In this document: in pieces, positions 1-12,533 of the stretch
Layout: the number at the start of each line of letters is the position of its first letter
Numbering within the stretch: position 1 is the first letter of the stretch
Assembly (NCBI RefSeq): GCF_963921235.1
Contig: NC_086108.1
Span: forward strand, 81,718,001-81,782,000
Length of the DNA stretch: 64,000 nucleotides
Direction of reading: 5' to 3'
DNA from: Mobula hypostoma
Lineage: Eukaryota
Made by a program: the position numbers and the translations under genes
The notes under the pieces: model-generated
Databases searched by the model: none
Told to the model about the DNA's origin: nothing
Seen by the model: only the letters and a program-made list of their open reading frames with translations

Positions 1-384
1 TAATTGAGGCACGGTGCACATAAACTGATCTCTCTTGAGAAGAGCAGGTTCTGTCAGTAACCGGACTTTGTGTGTGTTGTTTATAGGGCACGGCACCTCC
101 ACAACCCACACCTCCAATCTCATCTCATTGATTGGAACATGTGACTCCAAATAGCTTTTGTGGAAGGCATTACCCCAGAGGTTCACATACTTTTTGAACC
201 TGGATTGTGATTGTTTGAATGGTGTACTCAGTCTTGACAAGCAGTACAATTGTTTATTAGTTTAAGCAGATTGTGTTTGTCTATTATTGTTACTTAGATG
301 AAGACCAGACCACTTTTCACGAGTAATTAATGCAGAAAACCAGGTAATTGTTGCAAATGGTTCACAAACTTTTTCTGGTAACTG
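1..384. mobile_element. Terminal part of a Tc1/mariner-like element (continues beyond the window edge)
   Basis: Ends in ggttcacaaactttttctggtaactg followed by TA (385-386). An inner repeat ggttcacatactttt at about 180 gives the IR/DR layout typical of Tc1. Confidence 0.55.
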
Positions 385-1446
385 TATCTGATAGAGTAAA
401 GCTGGATGCTGCTTGATTTATGGAATGTTTTGAGTAGTTTCTTTTTCTATTTCAGCTTTCCAACATCTAATTTAAAAAAAATTCAATAGGACAAATAGTT
501 GTCGGTGTAATCTGTACTTTTCCTGCTATTTGTGGGCAATCAGTAGTATCACCTTCTACTCAACTGCACATTAGTGCAGTTATTATTAAGATTGGCCTAA
601 GGACTTAAAATTGTTTTGACACCTGACCCAAACCCATTTCATCTGGTTCGGGTAGCTAGGCTCTTCAGCTGTTAAAAATGATCATGCAATGCATGTCACC
701 CGATCAAAACACTGGGAATGCATCCAGCCAGCTTTGGCAACCCAGTGTTTCAATGAAGATGTTTTATCGAAGCTCCCTGAAATTAATGGGGATTTTTACA
801 ACCTGAATTGAGTGCTACAAACTGGGAATGTGGTGTTTTTAAACCAAATCATTTCTAAAATAGTTTTAAGTACAGTGCATTCCAGTTGATTGCAACACAT
901 CAGGACAGTACATTTTGGCCCAATTAGCAGCTGCCCCAATTAGCTGAAATACTTAAAAGGTACAGGTATTAAAAAAAGACACTATCTTTTAACTGAGTAA
1001 CACAATATGTACTTGAATAAAATGCAGAACAAAGTAAAACTCTATTAAAAGTACTACAGTACTATAAAGCTGCATATTAACTCCTAATAGTTATCCATGG
1101 AGGAATTTATTCTACGCTACCATGTTCTTTTGATCGACTGTAAATGAACAAAATTAGTGCAAATAATGGACTGCCTTCATACAGTGCTTTCGATAATTGC
1201 ATTCTCCAAATTTTCATTGTAATATTTAAAGTGATTGTTGATACCTTCAAATTCCTTGTAGTTCCTAACTTGAAGTAGTGAAATAATTTCATTTTCACTC
1301 CAGCCATTTCTGGCATCTCCAACCCTAAATGCTTGAAACCGCAGTGAGCAAAACAGTTGAACATTATCTTGCTCTTGCAACATACATCAAAGTTGCTGGT
1401 GAATGCAGCAGGCCAGGCAGCATCTCTAGGAAGAGTTACTGTCGTT

Positions 1447-1482
1447 AGTCCTGACGAAGAGTCTCGGTCTGAAACGTCGACT
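1447..1482 (+). ncRNA. Minimal type I hammerhead ribozyme motif (PLE-associated)
   Basis: agtc-CTGACGA-agagtctcggtct-GAAA-cGTC-gact: conserved core, stem I agtc/gact, short stem II, and palindromic ACGT in place of stem III. Confidence 0.7.
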
Positions 1483-1989
1483 GTACCTCTTCCTAGAGAT
1501 GCTGCCTGGCCTGCTGCGTTCACCAGCAACTTTGATGTGTGTTGCTTGAATTTTCAGCATCTGCAGAATTCCTCGTGTTTATGTTTTTAAATTCACTACT
1601 GCGAAGCCCCTTCCGTGATGCCTACACTGAAGAAGTTTAAATCTTCTCTTCGACGGGAGTTCAGTGAAATCTCTCACTGCTCCCTATCTGTAATTTCTTC
1701 GGCTCTTCAACTTTTCGACCACATTTTGACTCAGACTCGCAATCACAGCCATATATCCTTTCTTGGAACGTGCCTCCGTCGCCAACTTACTCCAGTTGGA
1801 TTTAGGACTTAATTTTCGAGCCTCTCAATTTGGACCTTCTGAGGATCCCAGGTACTCACATTTTATCGACTCTGCCTCTCGTCGCTTCTCCTGTCAAGCT
1901 CTGAAGGCAACCCTCTCTGCCATGAGGAGGTATTTGGTGTCCCTATCCCAGACCCTTCCACACCTTCGGGACACTTTCTTTGTAGCGTT

Positions 1990-2025
1990 AGTCCTGACGA
2001 AGGGTCTCGGCCGGAAACGTCGACT
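1990..2025 (+). ncRNA. Minimal type I hammerhead ribozyme motif (PLE-associated)
   Basis: agtc-CTGACGA-agggtctcggccg-GAAA-cGTC-gact. The base of stem II carries a mismatch. Confidence 0.65.
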
Positions 2026-4519
2026 GTACCACTTCCTAGAGATGCTGCCTGGCCTGCTGCGTTCACCAGCAACTTTGATGCGTGTTGCTTGAATTTTTGG
2101 CATCTGCAGAATTCCTCGTGTTTACGTTTTTAAATTATCTTGCTGTTGTTTACTTACCAACTATCAGTGACAAAAATCTCTGCTTTTTGAATATAAATGC
2201 ATGCAACTGACACTAATTAAAAACTGTTTGCTCTAAGAATGCTATAGTATCTAACGGCCGCACAGGTGCACACAGCTGACGCTAGTTAGATACTGTTTGG
2301 CAACAGTCTCCTATTCCAATTAAGCAGCATAGTGTCCCAAATAAATGAAGGGAATCCAACTATTTTCTCAATTGGTTTTTGTTCTTTAAGAGTTGTCCCA
2401 AACAAGCAGCTGCCTTGATTAACCAATGGCCCAATTAACCAGAATCCACTGTGTTTTCTATTGTAACCGCTCAGCAGAGACTTACAAAATTTGAAAACCA
2501 TTAAGACTTGCACAACCATATTCAAATTCAACCTAATTTTGTCTTTGCTTACTAAATATATTTTCTTGCATTTATTTCAGCTCACTTGATATTGCAAAAT
2601 GTATTTGCGTGTGCATTAATGGATTCCTGGAATTCTTAAATGGCAGAAATGTAGGACTTGCATCTCAACTGGCTTGCTACAGGGTTAACATTGTATTCAA
2701 ACTACATGCTACCTCATTTTATCCAACCCTATCAATGTATGCTTTCATCATACTTGTCTAGGTTCCCCTAAATCCAACAGTGCCATTAGTTTTAATAGCT
2801 CAATATGATTGTTTTACATATCCTCATGAGTTTTTGTCATGAAATTCCTTTTACATTTAATGGAATTGTCACATGTTCATGGTCTTTAGTTTTGGTATTC
2901 ATAAGAGGAAACATATTTTTCATGTCTGAGCAATAAAATTTCAACATATTGGGCTTCTGCATAATTTGGCAGTCCAGTCAGTGCAGACTTTACAATGATA
3001 CTCTTAATTTTGCCATTTATTTGGCAATAGTTATTTTACTTTGGTATATTAAAACCATATTTATGAACTCACTGCAATGGCTATTTCATTTAAAAGGCAC
3101 AGTATTTGCATTATTAGTAAAATGATTTTATTGTAATTTCTTGCCAATAATGTATTGATGAAATCTCTCGTGTTCTGTTCAAGGAAAACTAACATTAGAG
3201 CTGTTTTATTGGCATAGAGGAGTCCAAGCTAAATTGGAGAATAGATTCTCAGATTGTTTAATGATTTTGCTTCATGATGCTGTTGCGGGGAGCAAACTAC
3301 AATGTAATTTATTTTAAATTTCCATTTGCATGTCTTTGTCTATAGTGAAGAAGTTGTATTATCTTTCATAGACAGTCATTTACAACCACATGGCCTTGGT
3401 TTTATTCATTCATTTTAAGCATATAGTTTAGCAGTTAAACACTTTTCAAAAGGTTCTGAATTACTTGATACAAATGTGAACAAATTACACGGCTTGATAT
3501 AGATGAAAGCAATCTCAAGAGAATGTTTAATTCATATTATCAATTGCACAACAAATATAGGAATGATAATATAAAATTGGAATGAGTCTTTTCTGGAATT
3601 TTGCCAGTAAAAGACACCCTAAACTCTTGGTACTGTTGTGATGATATTATTTGACAGCAACTTGTGTAGTCAACATCTATTTTTATCTTTCCAGTAAGTA
3701 CTCATTGGGTGGATGGAAAATATGTATTCTACCTTTCAGTAGCAGGAAGTTGGAGAATGAACACAAAAAAAAAGCTCAAACTTGTATTTATTTAAATTGG
3801 TGTATGAAGTCAGTGTTGGAGAAATTCAGACTTTTCCTGGCTTGCTGAATTAATTATGTGCAAGATATTCAATGGAACACCACTTTCTTCCACTTTCAGT
3901 CGATAGTCGAAAAGATTAAAGTTTTTTTTGAATGTTGGAGGAAGCTGACTTGTTCCATTTTCATGGATCTTGCAGCTGTTGCCTTCATGCAGAAGATAAC
4001 AAGCAAGCTTCACTTCTAATTTTCTCTCGGCTGAATTTTATTGCCTGCTCCACAGGAAAGATTGATGAGTCAATGTCTTGAACTGCTGCACTAAGTATTT
4101 GAGGATGCTCCAACAGTAGTATTACAAAGTTCAAAGTAACTTTATTATCAAAGTAGGTATACTGTGTATCACCATATACTACTGGAGATTCATTTTCTTG
4201 CGGGCATTCACAGCATAACAAAGACGTTAAATAGAATCAAAACTACGCATAAAAACTAACAACCAATGTGCAAAAGGCAAACTGTAAGTACAAAGAAAAC
4301 AACTAATAAATAAATTATATTGAGAATATGAGTTGAAGAGTCCTTGGAAGTGAGTCCATAGCTTATGGAATCAGTTCATTGGTAAGATGAGTGAGCTCCC
4401 AAGATTTTGATCTATAACAATGAAAGAGCACTAAATGGCTCAGCTAGGAGAATGTGTGATTTGGAGGGTCTTAGAAGTGATTGCATTCTCATGTATCAGC
4501 TGCTTTTTTAAATTTAGAC

Positions 4520-7500
4520 TATAAGATATAGTAGCTGAATTAGGCCATTTTGCCCATCGAGTCTATTCCACCATTTCATCATGGTTGATTCTGTTCTCTT
4601 TCAACCCCAGTCTTCTGCCTTCTCCCTGTGTCCTTTTGTGCTCTGCCCACTCAAGAATCTATCAACCTTTGCCTTAAATATACCTAATGATTTGACCTCC
4701 ATAGCTACCTGAGGCAACAAATTCCATAGCTTCACCACTCTCTGGCTAAAGAAATTCCTCCTCATCTCCTAAATGGACATCCCTCTATTCTGAGGCTGTG
4801 TGCTCCAGTCTTAGACTCCCCCACCATAGGATACATCCTCTTCACATCCACTCTGTCAATGCCTTTTAACATGCGATAAATTTCAATGAGATTCTCCCTC
4901 ATTCTTCTGAATTCCAGTAATACAGGGTCAGAGCTATCAAACACTCCTCGTGATAAGCCTTTCTAACCCAAAATCATCTTTGTGAACTTCCTTTGTATCT
5001 TCTTCAATGTCAACGCATCTTTTCTTAGATAAGGAGCCTCAAACTGCTCACAATACTCCAAGCGAGGCCTCACCCGTGCCTTGTAAAGCCTCAACATTAC
5101 AACCTTGCTTTTATATTCTAGTCTTCTTGAAATGTATGCTAACATTGTATTTGCCTTCCTCACACTGACTCAAACTGCAAATTAACCTTTAGGAAATCTT
5201 GCACAAGGACTCCTAAGTCCCTTTGCACCTCAGTTTTTTGAAATTTCACTCCACTTAGAAAATAGTCTATGCTGTTATCTAGAGTCATAGAAAGGTACAG
5301 CACAGAATCCGGCCCTTGGGTCCATCTATTCCATGGGGAAACCATTTAAACTTCGTATTCCCGTTGACCTGCACAGAGACCAGTGCCCTCCATACCCTAC
5401 CATCCATGTACCTATCCAAACCTCACAAACATTGAAATTGAGCTCGCATGCAACACTTGTCCTGGCAGCTTATTCCACATTTTCATGACCCTTTGAGTGA
5501 AGAAGATCCCCCTCATGTTCCCCTTAAACTTTTTTTCACCTTTCATCTTTTACCTATGACCTCCAGTTGTAGTCCAATCCAACCTCAGTAGAAAAAGCCT
5601 GCTTGCATTTACTCTATCTATATCCCTCATAATTTTGTATATCTCTATCAATTCTTCTCTGTCTTAATGTTCTAAGGAATAAAGTCCTAACCTATTCTAT
5701 CTTCCCTTATAACTCAGGTCCTCTAGACCTGGAAACATCCTTGTAAATTTTCTATGTTCTTTCAATTTATTTGCATCTTTCCTGTAGGTGGTTGACCAAA
5801 GCTGCACACAATACCATATTAGGCCTCACCAATGTCTTATACAACTTCAACATAACATCCTATCTCCTGTATTCACCACTTTTGATTTATGAAGGCCAAT
5901 GTGCCAAAGGCTTTCTTTATGACCCTATCTCCCTGTGATACCACTTTCAACAAATTATACACCTGTATCCCCAGATCCTTTTGTTCTACCACACTCCTCA
6001 GTGCCCTACCATTCACTGTGTAAGACCTACCCTGTTTGGTCCTACTGAAGTGCAACACCTCGCACTTGTCTGCATTAAATTCCATCTGCCACTTTACAGC
6101 CCATTTTCCCAGCTGACCCAGATCCCTCTGCAAGCCACAGGCAGTGAGAAAGGCTATCACCATACCCCCAATCTTGCTGTCATCTGGAAATTTGTTGATC
6201 TAGTTAACCACATTTTTCATTCAGATTGTTGATATTAATAACTAACAATAAAGGACACAACACCAATTCTTGTGGCACTCCACTAATCAGTCAGAGAAGC
6301 AGCTATCTATTACCACTCTGTGGCTTCTCACACAAAGCCAATGTTTAATCCAGTTTACTACCTCCTCTTCAATGCCAAGTGACTGAATCTTCTTGATCAA
6401 CTTCCCATATGGGGTCTTGTCAAATGCCTTGCTAAAGTTCATGTAGACAACATCTGCTTGAAAATTTCTTCTCTCAAAATAAATGACTGTATTCCCGTCA
6501 CTACATTCCATCTGCCACTTCTTTGCCCATTTGTCCAATCTGTCTTAATCCTTCTGTAGCCCCTCTGCTTCTTCCAAACTACTCCACCAATTTTCATATC
6601 ATCTTCAAACTTGGATCATCCAAATCATTGATGTATAAGGTGAAAAGAATTGGTCCCAACACAGAACCCTGTGGAACACTACTGGTCATGGGCAGCCAAC
6701 CAGAAAAGGTTACCTTTATTCCCACTCTTTGCCTCCTGCCAATCAGCCAATGTTCTGTCTTTGCTAGTATTTTTCTTGTAACAGCATGGGCTCTTAACTT
6801 GTTAAGGAGCTTCAAGTGTGGCAACTTGTCAAAGGCCTTCTGAAAATCCAGGTACACAAGATCTACTGATTCTCTTCTGCCTATCCTCCTCGTTATTTCT
6901 TCAAAGAATTCCAACAGATTTGTGAAACAAGATTTTTCCTTAAGGAAACCATACTGACTTTGGCCCATTTTATCATGTGCTTCCAGGCACCCCGAAATCT
7001 CATTCTTAGTAATTGACACAACATCTTCCCAACCACTGAGATTAGGCTAACTGGCCTATAATTTGCTTTCTTCTGCCTCTCTCCCTTCTTGAAGAGTAGA
7101 GTGACATTTGCAAATCTCCAGTCCCCCGGAACCATTCCAGAGTTTAGTGATTCTTGGAAGATCATTACTCATGTCACCACAATCTCTTCATCCACCTCTT
7201 TCAGAACCCTGGGGTGCAGATTATCTGATCCAGGCGACTTAACTACCTTCAGACCTTTCAGTCTGATATCTACTCTTGCCTCTCTTTTACACTTTATATA
7301 TCTGAAGAAACTCTGTATCCTCTTTAATATTATTGGCTAGCTTACCTTCCTATTCTGTTTTTTGCTTCTTTATGACTTTTTTTTAGTTGCCTTTTGAAAT
7401 CTTCCCTATCCTCTAACTTCCCACTAATTTTTGCTCTATTATATGCCCTGTCTTTGGCTCTTATGTTGGCTTTGACATCTTGTTAGCCATGGTTCTGTCA

Positions 7501-7835
7501 TCTTGCCTTTAGAATCCTACTTTGGGATGTACCTATCATGTGCCATCTGAATTGCTCTCAGAAATTCCAGCCGTTGTTGCTCTGCTGTCATTCCCTGCTA
7601 GTGGTGCCATCCAATCAATTTTGGCCAGCTCCTTTCTCATGCCTCTGTAATTTGCTATACTGCACTGTAATAGTAATACATCTGATTAACCTCTCCTTTT
7701 CAAAATGCAGGATGAATTCTAGCATATTGTGATCATTGGTACCTAAATGTTCCTTTACCTTAAGCTCTCTAATCAATTCAGTTTTATAGCACAGTACTCA
7801 ATCCAGAATAATTTATTCCCTAGTGGGCTCAACCC
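4520..7835 (-). mobile_element. Degraded CR1 LINE ORF2 and 3' end, with a second CR1 fragment nested at about 5280-6450
   Basis: Minus-strand peptides [59 protein letters not shown] and WQMEFNADKCEVLHF. Two separate CR1 3' tails are present. Confidence 0.85.
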
Positions 7836-10019
7836 AATATAATAAAATATTATATTATAATATTATTAGGTGCTGGCAACCAGAAGGGTGAGAGGTAGTG
7901 CTGAAGTGGCCTGGTAATTTGCTGCAAAGCATCGTTCAGTTAATATGTACTGCAGCCATAATGCACACAAAATGCTGGAGGAACTTTGCAGGTCAAGAGG
8001 TATTTTCGTCATGAGGGGTCTCGGCCTGAAATGTCAGCTATACTCTTTTCTATAGATGCTGCCTGGCCTGCTGAGTCCCTCTAGCATTTTGTGTGCGTTG
8101 CTTGGATTTCCAGCATCTGCAGATTTGCTCTTGTTTGCAGGCATAATGCACCAGCTTTGGAGGGATTTGTTGTTGGTGAGAGCAAACTTATAAAGAGACT
8201 AGGTTTTTTTTTTAGGCAGAGATGTTACAAGCTGGCATGTTAACACTAACTGTCCTCTCTATCAAATACAGTTTGGTGAACTGATGAATAGTTAATACTG
8301 TGGTTCATTTGAGGAAGTTAGCACAGATGGTTGATTTTTGCATCTTTCAATTGGAATGTGTTGTCACCCCTGCAATTAAGTGAAACTACTTACTAGGAAC
8401 CTTTCTTAATAAAATAATGATCCTAATTGGTTCCAATTAACCACAGCAAGCTAGTTGCTTTATGAATTGATATACTTGTTCCAACAATGAAATCTATAAG
8501 TTTATTTTCTAAATTTGTAATTCATTGTCTGAAATCTCTTGAGCTGGAAAAGCCACCAAACTTCATTGATGTTACACTGATCACCCTTTGTCAAGTAGCA
8601 CTGAGATTTTCCAAGGATTTTAATAGTAAATGCCACAATATATTTGATGAGAAATAAGTGTTAACCAGCTTCTCAAAGCTAATCATGTCTGCAAAATGTG
8701 CTATTATTTTTCAATTTTAATGCAAATCATTCTATAATAAAAGTTCATTGATACAAATTAGTCTGGTCTCAGTGAAGTGATACTTTGGAAAAAATATGTT
8801 AAAAATAAAAGGTATTAAGCTTTAGATGCTTTTACTTCCTTCTTCTAAAAGCTTTGGGCATGTATTGCATCCAAAGAGTATGTGGATAAAAGATGGTGAT
8901 AAACAGTTATAGTGGTTTTGTTTTTGCAGAAGTGGCATAAAAGATTGTGGAAATAAAATATAAAGAAAAGGGCATTTCACTTGTTCTGAATTTTTTTCTC
9001 TTGCTTTTCAAACTAGCTTTATGCTATTATGTCCAACATTGTTGCATTGCCTGGTTGAAGAAATCCTTCACTCATCTTAAATGTATTTTTTTCATAAAAT
9101 AGAATGCTACGTTGCAAAAAAAACATTGTGTCAAGATTAGGTCTTTCTCCACTTAAAGCATCAACTTTAATCCAATCCTTTCATTTGTTCTCCAACATTT
9201 CTTTCTGAAACACTGTCTCAATCACTTCAGAAGCAATAAGTGCCAGATACCTCAATATCTCATGTACGGATTGTCACTAAGATGTAAAAATCAAGCGAAA
9301 TTAAGAAAAAGACTGCAGATGTTGGATATCTAAAATAGAAAATGCAGGAAACAGGTCAGACAACATTTGTGCAAAGAGACTGAATGAACAAAGAGACTTT
9401 GATATGAAACAAACTTAGTTTATCTGTCTGACCTACTGAGCTTTTGCAGCTTTCTCTGCATTAAAAATCAAGGTTTTGGTTTATCTTATTTTCCTGGCCC
9501 CACGTAAGTGCTGCTAACTTTTTATGATATCACTACATATCAGAATTTCTCTGTTCCTCCGTGTCATTTAAAATCTGCTGTTTTACTACATTCACTTGTC
9601 CGTTTTCCTTATAGTTTTACAAAAGATTGTATCTTCCATCTCTCCTCCTATTCTTTTAAGCCATTCACAACCACCTGTTCTCGTTTATGATTGCTATCAT
9701 TCACTTTGTTAAAACTATGAATTGTTAGAGATTAGAGTAGAATAAGCAACTAAACCTGTGTACTTGGTGAAACACACTGCATGCACATTTCTAGTCTTCA
9801 ATCTTTGCTGGTGTTATATTCTATCATTCCACATTTATACATTCCTTTTAGTTTGTTATCATTCTATGTAATTTTGTAAGGTTGCTTTCCTGAAATAGTT
9901 AATGAAATCATCCCCTGTTGTAAATACTAGAGGATAAACTGCTCTAAGTGCGCCGTTAGACAGTCAGTACAGTGGATTCTAGCCTAGGACATTTCTGCTT
10001 ATTGTTTCAATTTACATCC

Positions 10020-10459
10020 TTTTAGAACATAGAATATACAACAATGCAGCACAGACACAAGTTGTTTGGCTCAGTGCTGTGCTACACTAATTACATTAGA
10101 ATGCCAGCTACACTAATCCCTTCTGACTGCACATGTGCATACTCTTCCATTTCCTACACATCCACGTGCCTGTCTAAGAGCCTCTTGAAAGCCTCTATCA
10201 TATCTGCCAAAGCCTTCATCCCCATGCAGTGCATTCTACTCTCTCACCTTAAATGCAATAACTTTGTTATTAGACATTTCAACCCTGGCAAAAGATGCTG
10301 TCTACTCTATCAATCTTATAAACCTTATCAGGTCTCCCTTCAGCCTCCTCTGCTCCAGAGAAAGCAACCCAAGTCTGTCAACCTCTCCTTGTATCATGTC
10401 TTCTAATCCAGGAAACATCATGGTAAATCTCTTCTGCACCTTTTCCAAAGCCTCTATAT
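10020..10459 (-). mobile_element. CR1 3' fragment, split by the hAT element and resuming at 20295
   Basis: Peptide EALEKVQKRFTMMFPGLE...LEQRRLKGDLI. aaagcctctatat (to 10459) joins ccttcctgtc (from 20295) to rebuild the motif seen in other CR1 copies here. Confidence 0.75.
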
Positions 10460-10942
10460 CAGGGGTGGCCAACCTTTTACATTCCATGCGTCAGTCTTTT
10501 CACACACGAGTTCAGATGCGCCATACAACTCTTGTACCCCCATTCAATTCTTGTAAAAATATGTTAATTAGACATACTTAGCATTTTTACATGATATGTT
10601 GATTTAATATAAAAGCAAGATAAACATTACTTACCTTAATGAGACTTTTAAAAAATGTTTTGTCATTTTTTGATTTCTTCCTTTTTCTTAATCACATATT
10701 CTTTTCCTAACTCAGACCCAAGCACTAGCTTCAGTTTTCATTCTATTTCAGTCTGATGTTGTGTTTTATAGTGTCTATTAAGATCACGTATTCTATTATG
10801 TGAGAAAGTGTTTTCACAAACAATGCACAATGGTTTTCCTGACGGACCCGCTATAAATAAGAACTCATTTTCCCACTGTTCATTGAATTCACGCTTACTA
10901 TCACTTTCTGATTTTCTTTTGCTCATTTTCTTTTGCACTGTG

Positions 10943-11142
10943 TGTTATGTTACTTCTGTTTAAACATACCATGGGTTAACAGTAAAAAATCAAATTCTGG
11001 AAGGATTAGAGAACTTTTATTTACAGTAATGAACAAACATGTCTTAACCCAGCCACGTGTTGGAACATTCTGGCAATCCTGCGCATGCTCAGTGCTCTGT
11101 CCAGTCATGTACTGGCACATCATTGCACGTGATATCACCACA
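10943..11142 (-). repeat. 3' LTR (200 bp)
   Basis: Direct repeat of 18825-19022. By hand count the two differ by about 14 substitutions and one 2-bp indel. Confidence 0.92.
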
Positions 11143-11338
11143 TCTTCCTTTCTTTAGAAAGAAAAACAATTAACAATGTTAATCAAAGCATATCTATATC
11201 AGATAACTGAAACTCTGAAGTTGGTTCTTTCTTAAAGCCTTTGCGATTCTTTCTTAACACCACTCCCTCCCTGTTTGGACCATGTATGATCTGGTCTGTG
11301 TCCATGTGTTCCTTTTATCTTGTATCCTTACTTTGTCT

Positions 11339-11798
11339 CCTTGTCCTTTGGACAAACATCTCCTTAGATCAGTCAATTCACATTCCACTTCCATTTGTAA
11401 TGAAATACGAATCTTCTTTTCTTCATCTAATTCATTCATTAACTGTGTAATCTCTTTTTTAATGCTGAGACTTCATCATTTCAATAATACTTCTCAATTC
11501 CTTCACTTGTGCTTTCACTTCTTCCTTATACTGTGCCCACTGTGAGCGTTCTTGCTCTAGGCGGTGATGAAACTGAATCTCGTATTCTCTGTGTCTCTTT
11601 CATTATCGCTTGCATTGAAGCAACCTCCTCCTGCCATTGCTTTTTCACATCATCAGTTGCTTCCTGTTTCGTCGTCTGAGGCACTGCAGCTACTGCTTTT
11701 ATATTCTCCATGTCAGCATTTGCCTCCATGAGCTGGACCTGCAGTCGAGTTACATCACCTTCTGCAGACTGGAATGCAACATTCTGTCGCTTCAGCTC
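11339..11798 (-). pseudogene. RABEP1: Captured RABEP1 (Rabaptin-5) N-terminal coiled-coil fragment in two pieces (about 11798-11522 and 11388-11339)
   Basis: LKRQNVAFQSAEGDVTRLQVQLMEANADMENIKAVAAVPQTTKQEATDDVKKQWQEEVASMQAIMKET/REYEIQFHHRLEQERSQWAQYKE ... ECELTDLRRCLSKGQ matches recalled human RABEP1 LKRQNAVLQAAQDDLGHLRTQLWEAQAEMENIKAIATVSENTKQEAIDEVKRQWREEVASLQAVMKETVRDYEHQFHLRLEQERTQWAQYRESAEREIADLRRRLSEGQ. One frameshift lies near 11591. Confidence 0.9.
11383..11524 (-). pseudogene. SH3KBP1: Captured SH3KBP1 (CIN85) C-terminal coiled-coil fragment inserted within the RABEP1 fragment
   Basis: [47 protein letters not shown] matches recalled human CIN85 [47 protein letters not shown]. A 1-bp insertion lies at about 11461. 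Confidence 0.85.
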
Positions 11799-12533
11799 TG
11801 TGTCACTATCCAAGACAAAAATTCTTTTCACCAAATTAAGTCTTTCACAGTCAGATAAACCCAGAATTGACTGTACATTTTTTGGCACGACCACAAATGA
11901 AAGCGTATGCACAATATTTTTGTGTGATATCTTTGCCACGCATGTTCTTTTAACTGGAATATCTGCACCTGAATACTCTTTTTTTAATTTTATTTTTATT
12001 TGGATAAGGAATTCACAAATATCATGTACTTTTTTCACACATATAACCTTTTCCATTATTTTATATGTATAAAACTATAATTATTTATACATTCTTAAGT
12101 ACACATTGAGATGATATAAAAGGAAATTAAACACTTAAATAGATAATTATGTACTGTGGTAATTCTAATCTATTAGGCTAAGTAATGGTATTAGTTGTTA
12201 AGAAAAATAGTAATAATAGTTTCCATATAACTCTTCTGGACCATTTCCACTGGTCCAAAATGTTGTATGTAAGGCTATGTAACAACCATTGTAGGTGTTT
12301 ATAATCCTAATTTGTTCATGCTTGCTCCTGTCCGCAGACATAATTATCCAATCCCTATGTACTTATTTACTTAATTTTTCCATTTTTTTATCCCTTTCCC
12401 AAATCTTTCCCTTTACTTGTGTTAATTCTCTATTTTCCAAAAGAAAACAAAAAAAAAGACATTTAGACTAGGGGTGCTTACGTTAGCAATATTACTGTGT
12501 TGATGAGAAGAGCAGTATAAATCATTAGGAGAG

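Larger units (their letters stand above)
1374..2133 (+). mobile_element. Penelope-like element fragment: inverted pLTR piece, pLTR, ORF N-terminus, second pLTR
   Basis: 1379-1443 is an inverted copy of about 1478-1545, and 1443-1591 repeats directly at 1986-2134. The intervening peptide HSHISFLGTCLRRQLTPVGFR resembles a PLE ORF N-terminus. attatcttgct is duplicated on both flanks (1363-1373, 2134-2144). Confidence 0.75.
873..2451 (-). mobile_element. Tigger/pogo-like DNA transposon remnant, interrupted by a Penelope insertion
   Basis: TA|cagtgcattccagttgattg ... ccaattaaccagaatccactg form inverted termini. A degraded peptide (NCFAHCGFKHL) resembles a Tigger transposase C-terminus. A related copy lies in the opposite orientation at 46151-47034. 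Confidence 0.7.

Noticed and set aside
1107..1590. ORFs with LVNAAGQAASLGRG / LPRDAAWPAAF peptides
   Set aside because: These are translations of the Penelope pLTR palindrome, and they recur at 1863-2072 and 29678-30069.
10738..10938. Domesticated ZBED/GTF2IRD2/EPM2AIP1-like host gene
   Set aside because: Only a 66-aa BED finger remains, next to a hAT TIR and with no catalytic domain. It is better explained as a transposon remnant.
11383..11524. CD2AP as the source of the inner coiled coil
   Set aside because: ELRSIIE and [14 protein letters not shown] match recalled CIN85 much better than the CD2AP paralog. A database search should confirm this.
11339..11798. Functional nested RABEP1 gene or an ordinary L1 processed pseudogene
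   Set aside because: It is fragmentary and frameshifted, and has no poly(A) or TSD of its own. Both ends join directly to Gypsy coding sequence.
11526..12056. 176-aa ORF as a real gene
   Set aside because: Its ATG lies in the L1 3' UTR and it reads through the L1 poly(A) and TSD into the Gypsy protease and RABEP1 cargo. It is an accidental product of the nesting.
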